Shown here piece by piece: positions 17,991 through 26,040 of a stretch of DNA of 28,083 nt. Position 1 is the stretch's first letter; each line of letters starts with the position of its first letter. The position numbers and the translations under genes were made by a program. Source of the DNA: a virus (Duplodnaviria > Heunggongvirae > Uroviricota > Caudoviricetes); the IMG/VR virus record IMGVR_UViG_2802429242_000010, positions 1-28,083 of that record. One strand, written 5' to 3'. Below the pieces are notes generated by a model. It ran no database searches. It saw nothing but the letters and a program-made list of their open reading frames with translations, and had not been told where the DNA came from.

Positions 17991-19257
17991 TGGTTTTTCC
18001 CTCATCGTTTTTTGGGGGCTTAAAATCTCCTGCCGGGTTAGCAGCATTCACGCTTACCAGCATCTCGTCCAGCCCTTCAACCGGATTCATATCCTCAAAT
18101 GCGCGGGCCTCATTACGGCTCATCCATCCATCGGTAATAGCGAAGTGATAGAATTGCGCGCGCTCCTGCGGAGTTCCGCGTAAAAGCCCCGTCAGATTGA
18201 ACCTGACGTAATACCCGGCGGCTAACTCAGCGCGGGTAAACAAGCGACGGTTAAGCTCCTGCTCCCAGTTCGTCACCCACGGCATCATCGTGTAGCGGAC
18301 AAACTGAATCGCCTGCGCAGAAATATTGGAGAAGGTGGCTTTTTCGAGGTCATTAATCATGTGCGCAGGAATATTGAAAATACCGGCGATCATTGAACGG
18401 TTCAGTTTCATCATGTCAATGATCTGAGCGTCAACTGGCGACACAGTCAGTGCCTTGTAATCCAGATCGGCTGGCAGCAGCATGGTTTTGTTTTCCTGGC
18501 GGCGTAACGCCTGCGATGCCTTCTGCCACTGATCTTTAAGCCAGCCCCAGCTTTCCTTATTGAGTCCGCTTTTAACGGATACTATCCCCGCCGGACGGGC
18601 ATTACCGCTGAAGAAGCTTTCTGTGTACTTCTGACCGCTCATCCCCATGCCTATTGTTTCGGCATGTTGCATAATCGGACTCAGCCCCATCTTCTGATTA
18701 TTACCCAGCGCACGGATGTGGATCATATCGTCCGGACTGATCGCAAACGCCCCATATTCGTTGTACAAACCGTAGGTATATCGGCCACCAGTATTCATCA
18801 GCGTCGTTTCCCACGGCATACAGCAATCCAGGGATATGACTTCACCGCGACGATTACGTTTCACCCAGGTATACCCATTCCCCCAGCCAAGGATGTGACG
18901 TTGCTTCAGTTCGCGCCATTTGTAGCTGGTTTGCCAAGTATTGGGCTCATCATGAACCAGATAAAACGCAGGATGATCGCGTGCGGGTTCAACCTTCCTC
19001 TTGTGCCTGCGCATAACATGCAACGGCATCTGGGCAAGGCTGGAAGACAGGACATAGATACAGGAATACACCGCAGCCAGTTTCATCGCAGTCTCAGGAC
19101 TGACATAAACGTCTGCCCGGAACAGCCCATCAGTATCAACGGCATCCCCGGTTATCGGGGTGGAAGGATTCTCCAGTGATTTACTTCTGAACAGAGCATC
19201 AAGCAGCACGCGTCCCCCTTCTGACCATAGCCAGTGCGCCCACCAGCAGTAAAGCAC
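17983..19257 (-). CDS. Portal protein (HK97 family)
   Basis: 424-aa ORF as given by the track (starts on GTG). The true start is probably downstream (GTG near 19209 after AGGGGGA, or a later ATG), because the first ~17 codons overlap a translationally coupled small ORF. Confidence 0.8.
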   Translation of the reverse strand: MLYCWWAHWLWSEGGRVLLDALFRSKSLENPSTPITGDAVDTDGLFRADVYVSPETAMKLAAVYSCIYVLSSSLAQMPLHVMRRHKRKVEPARDHPAFYLVHDEPNTWQTSYKWRELKQRHILGWGNGYTWVKRNRRGEVISLDCCMPWETTLMNTGGRYTYGLYNEYGAFAISPDDMIHIRALGNNQKMGLSPIMQHAETIGMGMSGQKYTESFFSGNARPAGIVSVKSGLNKESWGWLKDQWQKASQALRRQENKTMLLPADLDYKALTVSPVDAQIIDMMKLNRSMIAGIFNIPAHMINDLEKATFSNISAQAIQFVRYTMMPWVTNWEQELNRRLFTRAELAAGYYVRFNLTGLLRGTPQERAQFYHFAITDGWMSRNEARAFEDMNPVEGLDEMLVSVNAANPAGDFKPPKNDEGKTNE

Positions 19258-19360
19258 CGGACAGCATCAGAGCCGGAGCCATACCAAACTGCAGGTAAAC
19301 CCCGCACGTAAGCAGGCCAAAACCAGCCAGCCCGATAACATCAGCAATTAGTGATTTCAT
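19199..19360 (-). CDS. Possible small membrane protein (53 aa) between terminase and portal
   Basis: Not in the ORF track (under 60 aa). ATG overlaps the terL stop (ATGA). Translation [53 protein letters not shown] has two hydrophobic helices. Fills the terL-portal gap. Confidence 0.3.
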   Translation of the reverse strand: MKSLIADVIGLAGFGLLTCGVYLQFGMAPALMLSGALLLVGALAMVRRGTRAA

Positions 19361-21090
19361 AGAATTAAGAGATCATCGTCCGGATCAAGAGATGAGAGGA
19401 AATCGTCAGGTTCTTTGAGCATTGCCCGACCGATCGTCATAATCAGTGCAACCGCACCATCGATTTTGTTTTCCGCCTGCTCCTTGACGGGCTTCACTAA
19501 ATCATCGTTACCTGGCATGTTTTTGCCGACCACATTGCCGATACACCAGGTCATGATGGGATTGCCGTCATGATGAAAGCGTCCCGATTCAATCGCTGCT
19601 TCCAGCTCTTTCATCGGATCGGACATATTGGCGAAGTTCTGGACGATAGTGACGGGATTCAGATCTTCATCAGCAAGGTCATGTGACAGCCCGGTCGCCC
19701 CGAAGGGGTCGATGGGTGACTCACTGACCGGGCTGATTTTGTTCGCCGCTTTGGCCTCTTCGAGGATGTAGCGATAATCCACCTCTGCACCATCGGTAAC
19801 GGTCAGGACGCCCATTTCCACCCATTTCTGAAAGCGTTCGGCGGTCCGGCGATCTTCATTTTTCTCGACGCTGTACACCGTGTCATACGGTACCCAGAAA
19901 CGCGGGGCCACACTGTAGTAATGCGTTTTACCGTCAATCTCGCGGGTATAAAGTCGCGCCATGCTGTTCATATCCAGCTTACGCGCCAGGTCAAAGGCCA
20001 GAATGCACGGCTGCCCCTCGAACTGCTCAAGGGTCAGTGATTTATCCTCGCAGCTCTGCCAGCTCACCAGGTTGAAATACGCCGAACGCGCCGACACCCA
20101 GATATTGAGGTGTTTTGTTTTAAAGACGTTTGCCAGACGGGCGTTATTTTTCGCACGTTGCTGCTGGCTTAACAAAAACTCGCGATAAACCGACACACCG
20201 ATATTCGGGTTAGCTTTTTCAAGTATCTGCGGGTCGGTCCAGTCGTCGCCTTCGTCAACGGTATAGATGATCCCGAACAGTTCATCGTTGGGCACCGAGC
20301 CGTTGAGCATCTCGATGACTTCCCGCCGTTTGTCGTAGCACGGCCCCTCAATGTTGTACCCGGCGGTGGTAATGGCCCACATCAGTGGCTGGCGTCGCGC
20401 CCCCATCCCGGTAAGCATTGTGGTATAAAGCGCATCGGTGGCATGCTCGTGATATTCATCAACCACGGCACAGTGGGGTGATGAACCATCACCGGGGTTG
20501 CCGATCAGCGGTTCAAACCGCGCGCCATCCTCCGGACGGTTCATGTTTGAGGCGTTAACCTCAATCCCGAACGCTTCCGTCAGCATGGGTGTGCGTTTAC
20601 ACATCAGTCGCGCCGGACGAAAGACTTCCCACGCCTGTTTCTCTGTCGTGGCACCGGAATACACTTCCGCGCCAAACTCGTTATCACAGGCAAAACAATA
20701 CAGGGCAACACCGGCAGAGATTGCCGATTTGCCGTTCTTACGGGGGATTTCGGTATACACCTCCCTGAAGCGGCGCAGCCGGGAGCCTTTATTGACCCAG
20801 CCAAACGCACAGCAGATCACAAATAGCTGCCACGGCTCCAGCGTGATGGGCATCCGTTTGAATGCCCACTCACCCTTGGTGTGCGGCAACAGCTGAATAA
20901 ATTTCGCGGCCCGTTCAGCCAGGTCCTTGTCGAAGCGGTAACGAAACGACTTACTTTTTTCCGCCATCAGGTCATCAAGATGGCGCTGGCAGGCCTGAAT
21001 CACAAACTGGCAGGCCACAATCTTTCCGCGCACGACATCACGGGCATACTGATTGGCAGCATTTACGTTGGGGTAAGATTTCCGGCTCAT
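19357..21090 (-). CDS. Terminase large subunit
   Basis: 577 aa; N-terminal ATPase region and C-terminal nuclease-type acidic motifs; start overlaps the terS stop (ATGA). Confidence 0.9.
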   Translation of the reverse strand: MSRKSYPNVNAANQYARDVVRGKIVACQFVIQACQRHLDDLMAEKSKSFRYRFDKDLAERAAKFIQLLPHTKGEWAFKRMPITLEPWQLFVICCAFGWVNKGSRLRRFREVYTEIPRKNGKSAISAGVALYCFACDNEFGAEVYSGATTEKQAWEVFRPARLMCKRTPMLTEAFGIEVNASNMNRPEDGARFEPLIGNPGDGSSPHCAVVDEYHEHATDALYTTMLTGMGARRQPLMWAITTAGYNIEGPCYDKRREVIEMLNGSVPNDELFGIIYTVDEGDDWTDPQILEKANPNIGVSVYREFLLSQQQRAKNNARLANVFKTKHLNIWVSARSAYFNLVSWQSCEDKSLTLEQFEGQPCILAFDLARKLDMNSMARLYTREIDGKTHYYSVAPRFWVPYDTVYSVEKNEDRRTAERFQKWVEMGVLTVTDGAEVDYRYILEEAKAANKISPVSESPIDPFGATGLSHDLADEDLNPVTIVQNFANMSDPMKELEAAIESGRFHHDGNPIMTWCIGNVVGKNMPGNDDLVKPVKEQAENKIDGAVALIMTIGRAMLKEPDDFLSSLDPDDDLLIL

Positions 21091-21581
21091 GATTCGATGA
21101 TTTTCAGAAACGGGTTAGTGGCTTTCTTCTGCCCCGCCAGGCCAATCAGACGCTGGCGGCTGCTGGGGTCGAGTCCGAGCATTGCCCCCGTGCTGCTCAT
21201 CTCGGACTCCTGTTCTTTTTTGGCGGTCAGCTCCGGATTTTTGACCCTGCCGCCCATTGCGCCGGTGATGGTGTTGCCCTGTATGGCAATATTTTTCACG
21301 GCACGTCGCCAGAACTCATAGGCCACGCACCACCGCTCAAGCACCGCGAGGTCAGTCACGCACAGCAGGCCCTGACCGCAGAGTTCTTTGGTTGTCAGTT
21401 GCCACATGATCGTGGCGAGAGGGAGATCTTCTTCAGCGAACCACTCCGGTGGCTCAACACCTTTGATGGGCGTAAAAACAGGTTCATCTTTGTTCAGGGC
21501 TCGCTTGCCGGGGTTTCCGGCCAGCGCCTTGCGCGCCGTTGGCTTGGGGCGACGCCCGGAACGCCCCGCCGTTCCAGCCAT
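21087..21581 (-). CDS. Terminase small subunit (P27-like family)
   Basis: Basic N-terminus ([29 protein letters not shown]) typical of P27-family TerS. Start placed at ATG with AGGAG 8 nt upstream; the track start at 21590 is a GTG. Confidence 0.75.
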   Translation of the reverse strand: MAGTAGRSGRRPKPTARKALAGNPGKRALNKDEPVFTPIKGVEPPEWFAEEDLPLATIMWQLTTKELCGQGLLCVTDLAVLERWCVAYEFWRRAVKNIAIQGNTITGAMGGRVKNPELTAKKEQESEMSSTGAMLGLDPSSRQRLIGLAGQKKATNPFLKIIES

Positions 21582-21590
21582 ATGCGGCAC

Positions 21591-21706
21591 TCCTGGTTAA
21601 ATTTCATTTTTCGCGGGTGTAAAAAAACGATGGGGCGGGCAGTCCGGAAGACGTCAGGTCACAGAGATTTGACCCGCCCCTCCCCTCAGACAGTTGAGAA
21701 TTATTA
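21591..21706. other. Candidate cos / packaging-initiation region between the HNH and terS genes
   Basis: 116-nt intergenic region containing the GC-rich inverted repeat GGGGCGGG (about 21632..21639) and CCCGCCCC (about 21673..21680). HNH-terS arrangement is characteristic of cos phages of the HK97 type. Confidence 0.35.
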
Positions 21707-22057
21707 TCACTTAAGTCGTTCACGGGCCGTCTTCGCCTTATGACACGGCCAGCACAGACTCTGCAGATTACAGTCGGCATCAGTGCCGCCATGCGCTTTA
21801 GGGATGATGTGGTCAACGGTTTTCGCCTCACGCACCACACCAGCACGCAGACATAACTGACACAGGCCTTTGTCACGCTTCAGGACACCCGCGCGGATAC
21901 TGTCCCACTTCGAACCATAACCGCGCTGATGACGGGATTGTCCTGGCTTGTATTGCTTCCAGCCCTCGCTTTTGTGGCTTTCGCAATAGCCTGACGGATC
22001 AGTCGTGGTATTGCGGCAACCGCGAAAACGGCAGGCTTTTGGGGTTCGTGGTGGCAT
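21707..22057 (-). CDS. HNH endonuclease (terminase-associated)
   Basis: 116 aa; N-terminal Cys cluster (CRFRGC...C) and HNH core (DHIIPKAHGGTDADCNLQSLCWPCHKAK). RBS GAGGGG 5 nt upstream. Confidence 0.85.
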   Translation of the reverse strand: MPPRTPKACRFRGCRNTTTDPSGYCESHKSEGWKQYKPGQSRHQRGYGSKWDSIRAGVLKRDKGLCQLCLRAGVVREAKTVDHIIPKAHGGTDADCNLQSLCWPCHKAKTARERLK

Positions 22058-22092
22058 TTATATCCCCTCTTTGGTGCACGCTTACAATGCGT

Positions 22093-22116
22093 AAAAAAGC
22101 CTCGCATTAGCGAGGC
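22093..22116 (-). terminator. Intrinsic terminator (minus strand) downstream of the 74-aa ORF
   Basis: Minus-strand transcript has GCCUCGC-uaau-GCGAGGC followed by UUUUUU (plus-strand A-run about 22093..22098). Confidence 0.6.
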
Positions 22117-22223
22117 TCGTTTATATCTTGAAGGTGAATACTTATTGTCTTATCTATCCACGGGAAACATTAAGATTATTACACCCGTTAGTTGGGAAAT
22201 AAAACAAAATGCAGGTGGTTTAT

Positions 22224-22448
22224 TTATTCTTTGCTGATTGCTTTCTGAATGGCATCGGCTAATGGTTCAATTAAGCCAATAGCTGCTTTTAATTCCTGTT
22301 CAAATTTTGCACTTGTAGCCTGACCACCTGCAGAAGAAAGTGAGGCCTTAACTAATTCAAGGGCAGCTTGAACAGCTATAACCCTCTGTTTTTGAGCTTG
22401 AGTTACAGGCTGAGCACCTATTCCTGAAGGGAAATAATTCTCTAACAT
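22224..22448 (-). CDS. Hypothetical small Ala/Gln-rich protein (74 aa)
   Basis: Good RBS (GGAGG, 5-nt spacing) and a terminator downstream; predicted helical, no recognisable family; in an AT-rich stretch. Confidence 0.5.
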   Translation of the reverse strand: MLENYFPSGIGAQPVTQAQKQRVIAVQAALELVKASLSSAGGQATSAKFEQELKAAIGLIEPLADAIQKAISKE

Positions 22449-22715
22449 TACAACCTCCGTATTAAAAAGTGAGGTTACACATTACCCTTAAGATTACTCT
22501 TAGTGAAGAGGTATCTCATAATTATCACCCTTACCAATAACGCTTGATGAAATTTGTAATGGACTGGCTCTTATTTCAACGCAACCACTTACCGCGCGCC
22601 AGATGCTTAACCTCAAACATTAGCAATGAGATGTTTAATCTGAATCCACTCCAGAAGTAATCACCACTCTGTCTACAGGGCCTGATGTGAAGGATGATGA
22701 GTAAAATTATCGCTA

Positions 22716-23177
22716 TCATCGAAGGCATTGCGTCCTGATGTACTCCTGCAGGTAGTTAACCTGTGCGGTTATCCTGTCGATTCCACTTCGGAGACGGTAA
22801 TAATTGAGTTCAGCATCTGCTGTAAGTCCTGGGCTTTCTCCATCGCCCATGCCGCTGGCTCCGGTCGTTGACTTTGCACAGGTGGCGGCGACTTGCAGGC
22901 GCTTACGCCCAGCAGAAACATCAGCACGGAGACTTTCGATAGTCGCGTTAGCATCAGCAAGCTCCTTTGTGTATCTGGCGTCAAGTTCTGCTACGTCACG
23001 TTGACGCTTCTGCATATCAGAGATAGTCGCCATAGCCGAATCTAATGCCATAGCATTCTCATCACGCTGCTTTTTGTATTCGATGGCTTTGCTGTGGTAA
23101 TAATTTGCTGAACAGATAAAAGAACCAATGACAGTAACGAAGAATGCAGCGATAACCAGCTTATAGCTCAACTTCAT
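22716..23177 (-). CDS. Rz: Spanin inner-membrane subunit (Rz-like i-spanin)
   Basis: 153 aa; N-terminal TM helix, coiled-coil periplasmic domain and C-terminal Cys; clearly similar to lambda Rz as I recall it (YKAQRD..., MQxRQRDVAxLDAxYTKELADA...). Confidence 0.85.
   Translation of the reverse strand: MKLSYKLVIAAFFVTVIGSFICSANYYHSKAIEYKKQRDENAMALDSAMATISDMQKRQRDVAELDARYTKELADANATIESLRADVSAGRKRLQVAATCAKSTTGASGMGDGESPGLTADAELNYYRLRSGIDRITAQVNYLQEYIRTQCLR
22769..22954 (-). CDS. Rz1: Spanin outer-membrane lipoprotein subunit (Rz1-like o-spanin), embedded in Rz in another frame
   Basis: Start at internal Met giving MLTRLSKVSVLMFLLGVSAC|KSPPPVQSQRPEPAAW...; lipobox V-S-A-C followed by a Pro-rich segment; fully inside the Rz gene in a different frame, as in lambda. 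Confidence 0.7.
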   Translation of the reverse strand: MLTRLSKVSVLMFLLGVSACKSPPPVQSQRPEPAAWAMEKAQDLQQMLNSIITVSEVESTG

Positions 23178-23637
23178 TTACCACCCCGCCAGCCTCTTTG
23201 AATCGGGCAATCAGGTCACCGATTTTATGTTCATACTGACCGTAACCAGCGCCCGGCAGTGAAGCCCAGATATTGCTGCAACGATCGATAGCCTGACGAA
23301 TATCGCCGCGATCAATCATCGGTAAAGCGCCACGCTCTTTAATCTGCTGCAATGCCACAGCATCCTGGCTTTTTGGAGAGAAGTCTTTCAGCCCAAGCTG
23401 CTTGCGGTAAGCATCCCACCAGCGTGAAAGAAGTTGATAACGGCCTGCAGCTGTTGATTTGAGTTTGGGGTTTAGCGTGACAAGTTTGCGAGGGTGATCG
23501 GAGTAATCAGTGAACAGTTCGCCACCAACAATAACATCATAACCGTGGTTACGTGTCGGTTGTCGCCCGTTATCCGTTCCTTCTGACCATGCCACCATAT
23601 CAAGGAAAGCTTTACGCTGGGAATTTAGTGCCTGCAT
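23161..23637 (-). CDS. R: Endolysin, lambda R-type lytic transglycosylase
   Basis: 158 aa, near-identical over long stretches to lambda R as I recall it (QRKAFLDM.AWSEGTDNGRQ.TRNHGYDVIVGGELFTDYSDHPRKLVTLNPKLKST.AGRYQLLSRWWDAYRKQLGLKDFSPKSQDAVALQQIKERGALPMIDRGDIRQAIDRCSNIWASLPGAGYGQ). Confidence 0.9.
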   Translation of the reverse strand: MQALNSQRKAFLDMVAWSEGTDNGRQPTRNHGYDVIVGGELFTDYSDHPRKLVTLNPKLKSTAAGRYQLLSRWWDAYRKQLGLKDFSPKSQDAVALQQIKERGALPMIDRGDIRQAIDRCSNIWASLPGAGYGQYEHKIGDLIARFKEAGGVVNEVEL

Positions 23638-23640
23638 AAA

Positions 23641-23967
23641 TTACTCCTTAGAGCCACCAAACTTATTACCGATTACTCGCATTGCAGCCCCACGAATAGC
23701 ATCGACCCCGATCAGCCCAACGCCGCCACCAATGGCAACAGAAAGAGATTTAGGCCATCCGACATACTCAAGAGCGGATGCAAAAGTCAGCGTCAGAGCA
23801 CCACAGAGCAAAATCTCGAGCGTTTTTCGTTTCCAGCCACCACCACCGCCAAAATAGGCAATACGTAAACCAGCCATAACGATCGACATAATCACTGCGC
23901 CCAGCGGTGTGTCTCCACGCCACCAGCTCTGGACCAACTCCAGCCAAGTATTTGGGTTATGAGGCAT
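23641..23967 (-). CDS. S: Holin (class I, lambda S-like)
   Basis: 108 aa, three predicted TM segments and charged C-terminus; immediately upstream of the R/Rz/Rz1 genes. Confidence 0.8.
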   Translation of the reverse strand: MPHNPNTWLELVQSWWRGDTPLGAVIMSIVMAGLRIAYFGGGGGWKRKTLEILLCGALTLTFASALEYVGWPKSLSVAIGGGVGLIGVDAIRGAAMRVIGNKFGGSKE

Positions 23968-24107
23968 TTGTAGTTATCTCTCACCTCGCTAATACAGCAG
24001 GTGCAAATTGAGGGAACATCGTGTACCGCAAATCAGAAGCGGAAACGTCAAAGAAGCCGAACCAATGGATAACTGCGGAATAGGCAAGGACCAACGAATC
24101 CCCAGCC

Positions 24108-24141
24108 CCAGAAACGACAAAACCCGCTCGACGGCGGGTTT
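24108..24141 (-). terminator. Candidate intrinsic terminator (minus strand) about 140 nt upstream of the holin gene, possibly a tR'-like element
   Basis: Minus-strand AAACCCGC-cgucga-GCGGGUUU followed by a U-rich tract (UGUCGUUUC). Confidence 0.4.
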
Positions 24142-24186
24142 AAGCTGTGTGGCGAAGTAACCACTCTTAACAGATTACAATGTTTT

Positions 24187-24215
24187 TTGCGTACGCGTTA
24201 GCATTTTCGTAAAAT
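24187..24215 (+). promoter_or_regulatory. Candidate sigma-70 promoter for the ATPase-methyltransferase cassette
   Basis: TTGCGT (-35), 17-nt spacer, TAAAAT (-10), about 30 nt upstream of the ATG at 24247. Confidence 0.35.
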
Positions 24216-24246
24216 ACATTACCTTGCAACCATTTCAGTATAAAAA

Positions 24247-26037
24247 ATGAGCACAGAATTAAAACTAAAGAAAATTATGGCATCGTCTAAAATTGAGCCA
24301 TTTATTAGACATATTCGTTTTCCTTTTTTTAAAAACCTTGCAGAGGGTAGCAAGATTGATTTTGAGTATCCAATTACAGCATTAGTTGGTCAAAACGGGA
24401 CCAATAAAAGTTCTGTTTTAAGAGCCCTATTCGGTTCTCCAAACAACTATTCTCTGGGTAGCTTATGGTTTTCTACAGATGTAGATGAGATTAAAGATGG
24501 TGGTCGTTCTAGATTTATTTATGGATATTATGACAAAGCTACTGATTCAATTGTTGAAGTAATTAAAACTCGAATCTCTAAAGAAAATGATCCTGATTAC
24601 TGGGAACCATCCAGACCATTAAAATCCGACAACATGGCTCCAATGCCTAGTACAAAAATCTCAACCAATCAACTAAGGACTAGGTGGAAAGCTATTGACA
24701 AAAATGTAATATATTTAGATTTCAGAGCAACTATCAGTGCATTTGATAAGTTCTTTTATCACTCTGATTTTCATACATACCCTAAGAAAGATTATCTTAG
24801 AAAACGCAGTCAGATGCTAAAAGACATTATAGATAACGATCTTAAAAAATATCAACCTCATAAAGGAAAAAAAGACAAGCTATTTGTTAACACTTTATTA
24901 GAAAAAAGTAAGGTAGAGGCAATCAGCAAGATTTTAGGTCGCAAATACACAAGCATCCGCCTTATTGAACATAGCTTATTCACTAATGACAAAGCTCCCA
25001 CAATTATTCTTCAATCAGAAAACTTAAAATATTCTGAAGCTTTCGCAGGCAGTGGGGAATTTGCTGTATCTATATTAGTGCATAAACTAATGGATAGCCC
25101 TGATGCATCTTTAATTCTGCTAGATGAACCTGAAGTATCACTTCACCCTTCTGCTCAATGTCAATTGATGGAATTTTTATCAGAACAAGCACTTAAAAAG
25201 AAACATCAAATTGTCATATCCACACATTCATCAACAATAGTAAAAGACTTGCCTAAAAATGCCATAAAATTATTCTGTCTGAATGATAAAGTAGGAAAGG
25301 TTGATGTTCTTCAAAATGTCAGCCCAGAAGAATCTTTCTTTATTCTTGGTGAACGCATTGATAAAAGAACCGTTATTGTAGAAGATCGGTTAGCGAAGAG
25401 GTTTGTAGAAAAGGCGCTTAAAGCGGGTGGTGAAGCATTATTAAACTCCTTCGAAGTAAAACATGTTCCTGGAGGAGCGGGAAGTATTCTTCAAACTTTG
25501 GCTGTGCCTTTATGTGTTGCCAATGTTAAAAACGTTATTTTCTTATTAGATGGTGACCAATCGAGAACTGATGATTATCCAACTTCTGATTCCATACCAG
25601 AAAATCAAAACACAAACCTTCAAAACATCATAAAAGAAATAACCAATCAAGATATAAAATTTAGTTGTGATGGTTCTAATGGCTCATCAAATAACAATCA
25701 AAAATACAAAATGCAAAGAAATTTTATCGATTTCATCCACGATAAAATTGCTTTTCTTCCTGTTTATACTCCTGAAGCATTTCTTATTGAGAATGTTCAT
25801 GGTGATTATAAAGAATATAAAGATCAAATCCCCAAAAACATTCAAGATGCTAAAGAAATCACCAAAGAACTTTGTAAGTTAGACACAGGGTTGGAGAACG
25901 TTACCAGTGACGATATCTTTGAAACACAAATCAGAATTCTTAATAAAATACCAAATAATCATGAAGTGTTAACAAAAACTCGAGAGTTGCTGCAAATCTT
26001 TTTAGATAATGATACTATCAGACCAAGAGTGAGGTAG
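24247..26037 (+). CDS. P-loop ATPase with Toprim-like C-terminal region (OLD / PARIS-like architecture); candidate ATP-dependent nuclease
   Basis: 596 aa. N-terminal Walker A (ALVGQNGTNKSSVL), ABC-like region (FAGSGEFA), Walker B (LILLDEPEVSLHP) and H-loop-like VISTHS. C-terminal half has Toprim-like acidic motifs (TVIVEDRLAKRF and NVIFLLDGDQ). Strongly AT-rich. Domain calls are by-eye motif recognition. Confidence 0.6.
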   Translation: MSTELKLKKIMASSKIEPFIRHIRFPFFKNLAEGSKIDFEYPITALVGQNGTNKSSVLRALFGSPNNYSLGSLWFSTDVDEIKDGGRSRFIYGYYDKATDSIVEVIKTRISKENDPDYWEPSRPLKSDNMAPMPSTKISTNQLRTRWKAIDKNVIYLDFRATISAFDKFFYHSDFHTYPKKDYLRKRSQMLKDIIDNDLKKYQPHKGKKDKLFVNTLLEKSKVEAISKILGRKYTSIRLIEHSLFTNDKAPTIILQSENLKYSEAFAGSGEFAVSILVHKLMDSPDASLILLDEPEVSLHPSAQCQLMEFLSEQALKKKHQIVISTHSSTIVKDLPKNAIKLFCLNDKVGKVDVLQNVSPEESFFILGERIDKRTVIVEDRLAKRFVEKALKAGGEALLNSFEVKHVPGGAGSILQTLAVPLCVANVKNVIFLLDGDQSRTDDYPTSDSIPENQNTNLQNIIKEITNQDIKFSCDGSNGSSNNNQKYKMQRNFIDFIHDKIAFLPVYTPEAFLIENVHGDYKEYKDQIPKNIQDAKEITKELCKLDTGLENVTSDDIFETQIRILNKIPNNHEVLTKTRELLQIFLDNDTIRPRVR

Positions 26038-26040
26038 ATA

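Noticed and set aside
4139-21321. Many plus-strand ORFs of 60-200 aa across the tail, head and packaging genes (for example 8151..8648, 12918..13334, 14325..14915, 16538..17065, 18664..19179, 20498..21321)
   Set aside because: All lie antisense to or out of frame within a tightly packed, co-directional minus-strand late operon whose products are recognisable; high GC suppresses stop codons on the opposite strand.
21604-22107. Minus-strand ORFs 21604..21876 (90 aa) and 21880..22107 (75 aa)
   Set aside because: Both overlap the HNH endonuclease gene in other frames; the first also spans the intergenic cos candidate and the second spans the intrinsic terminator. Not real genes.
25667-25882. Plus-strand ORF of 71 aa inside the ATPase gene
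   Set aside because: Alternative frame within the AT-rich ATPase gene; low-complexity Lys/Ile/Leu-rich translation; the main frame carries the conserved motifs.
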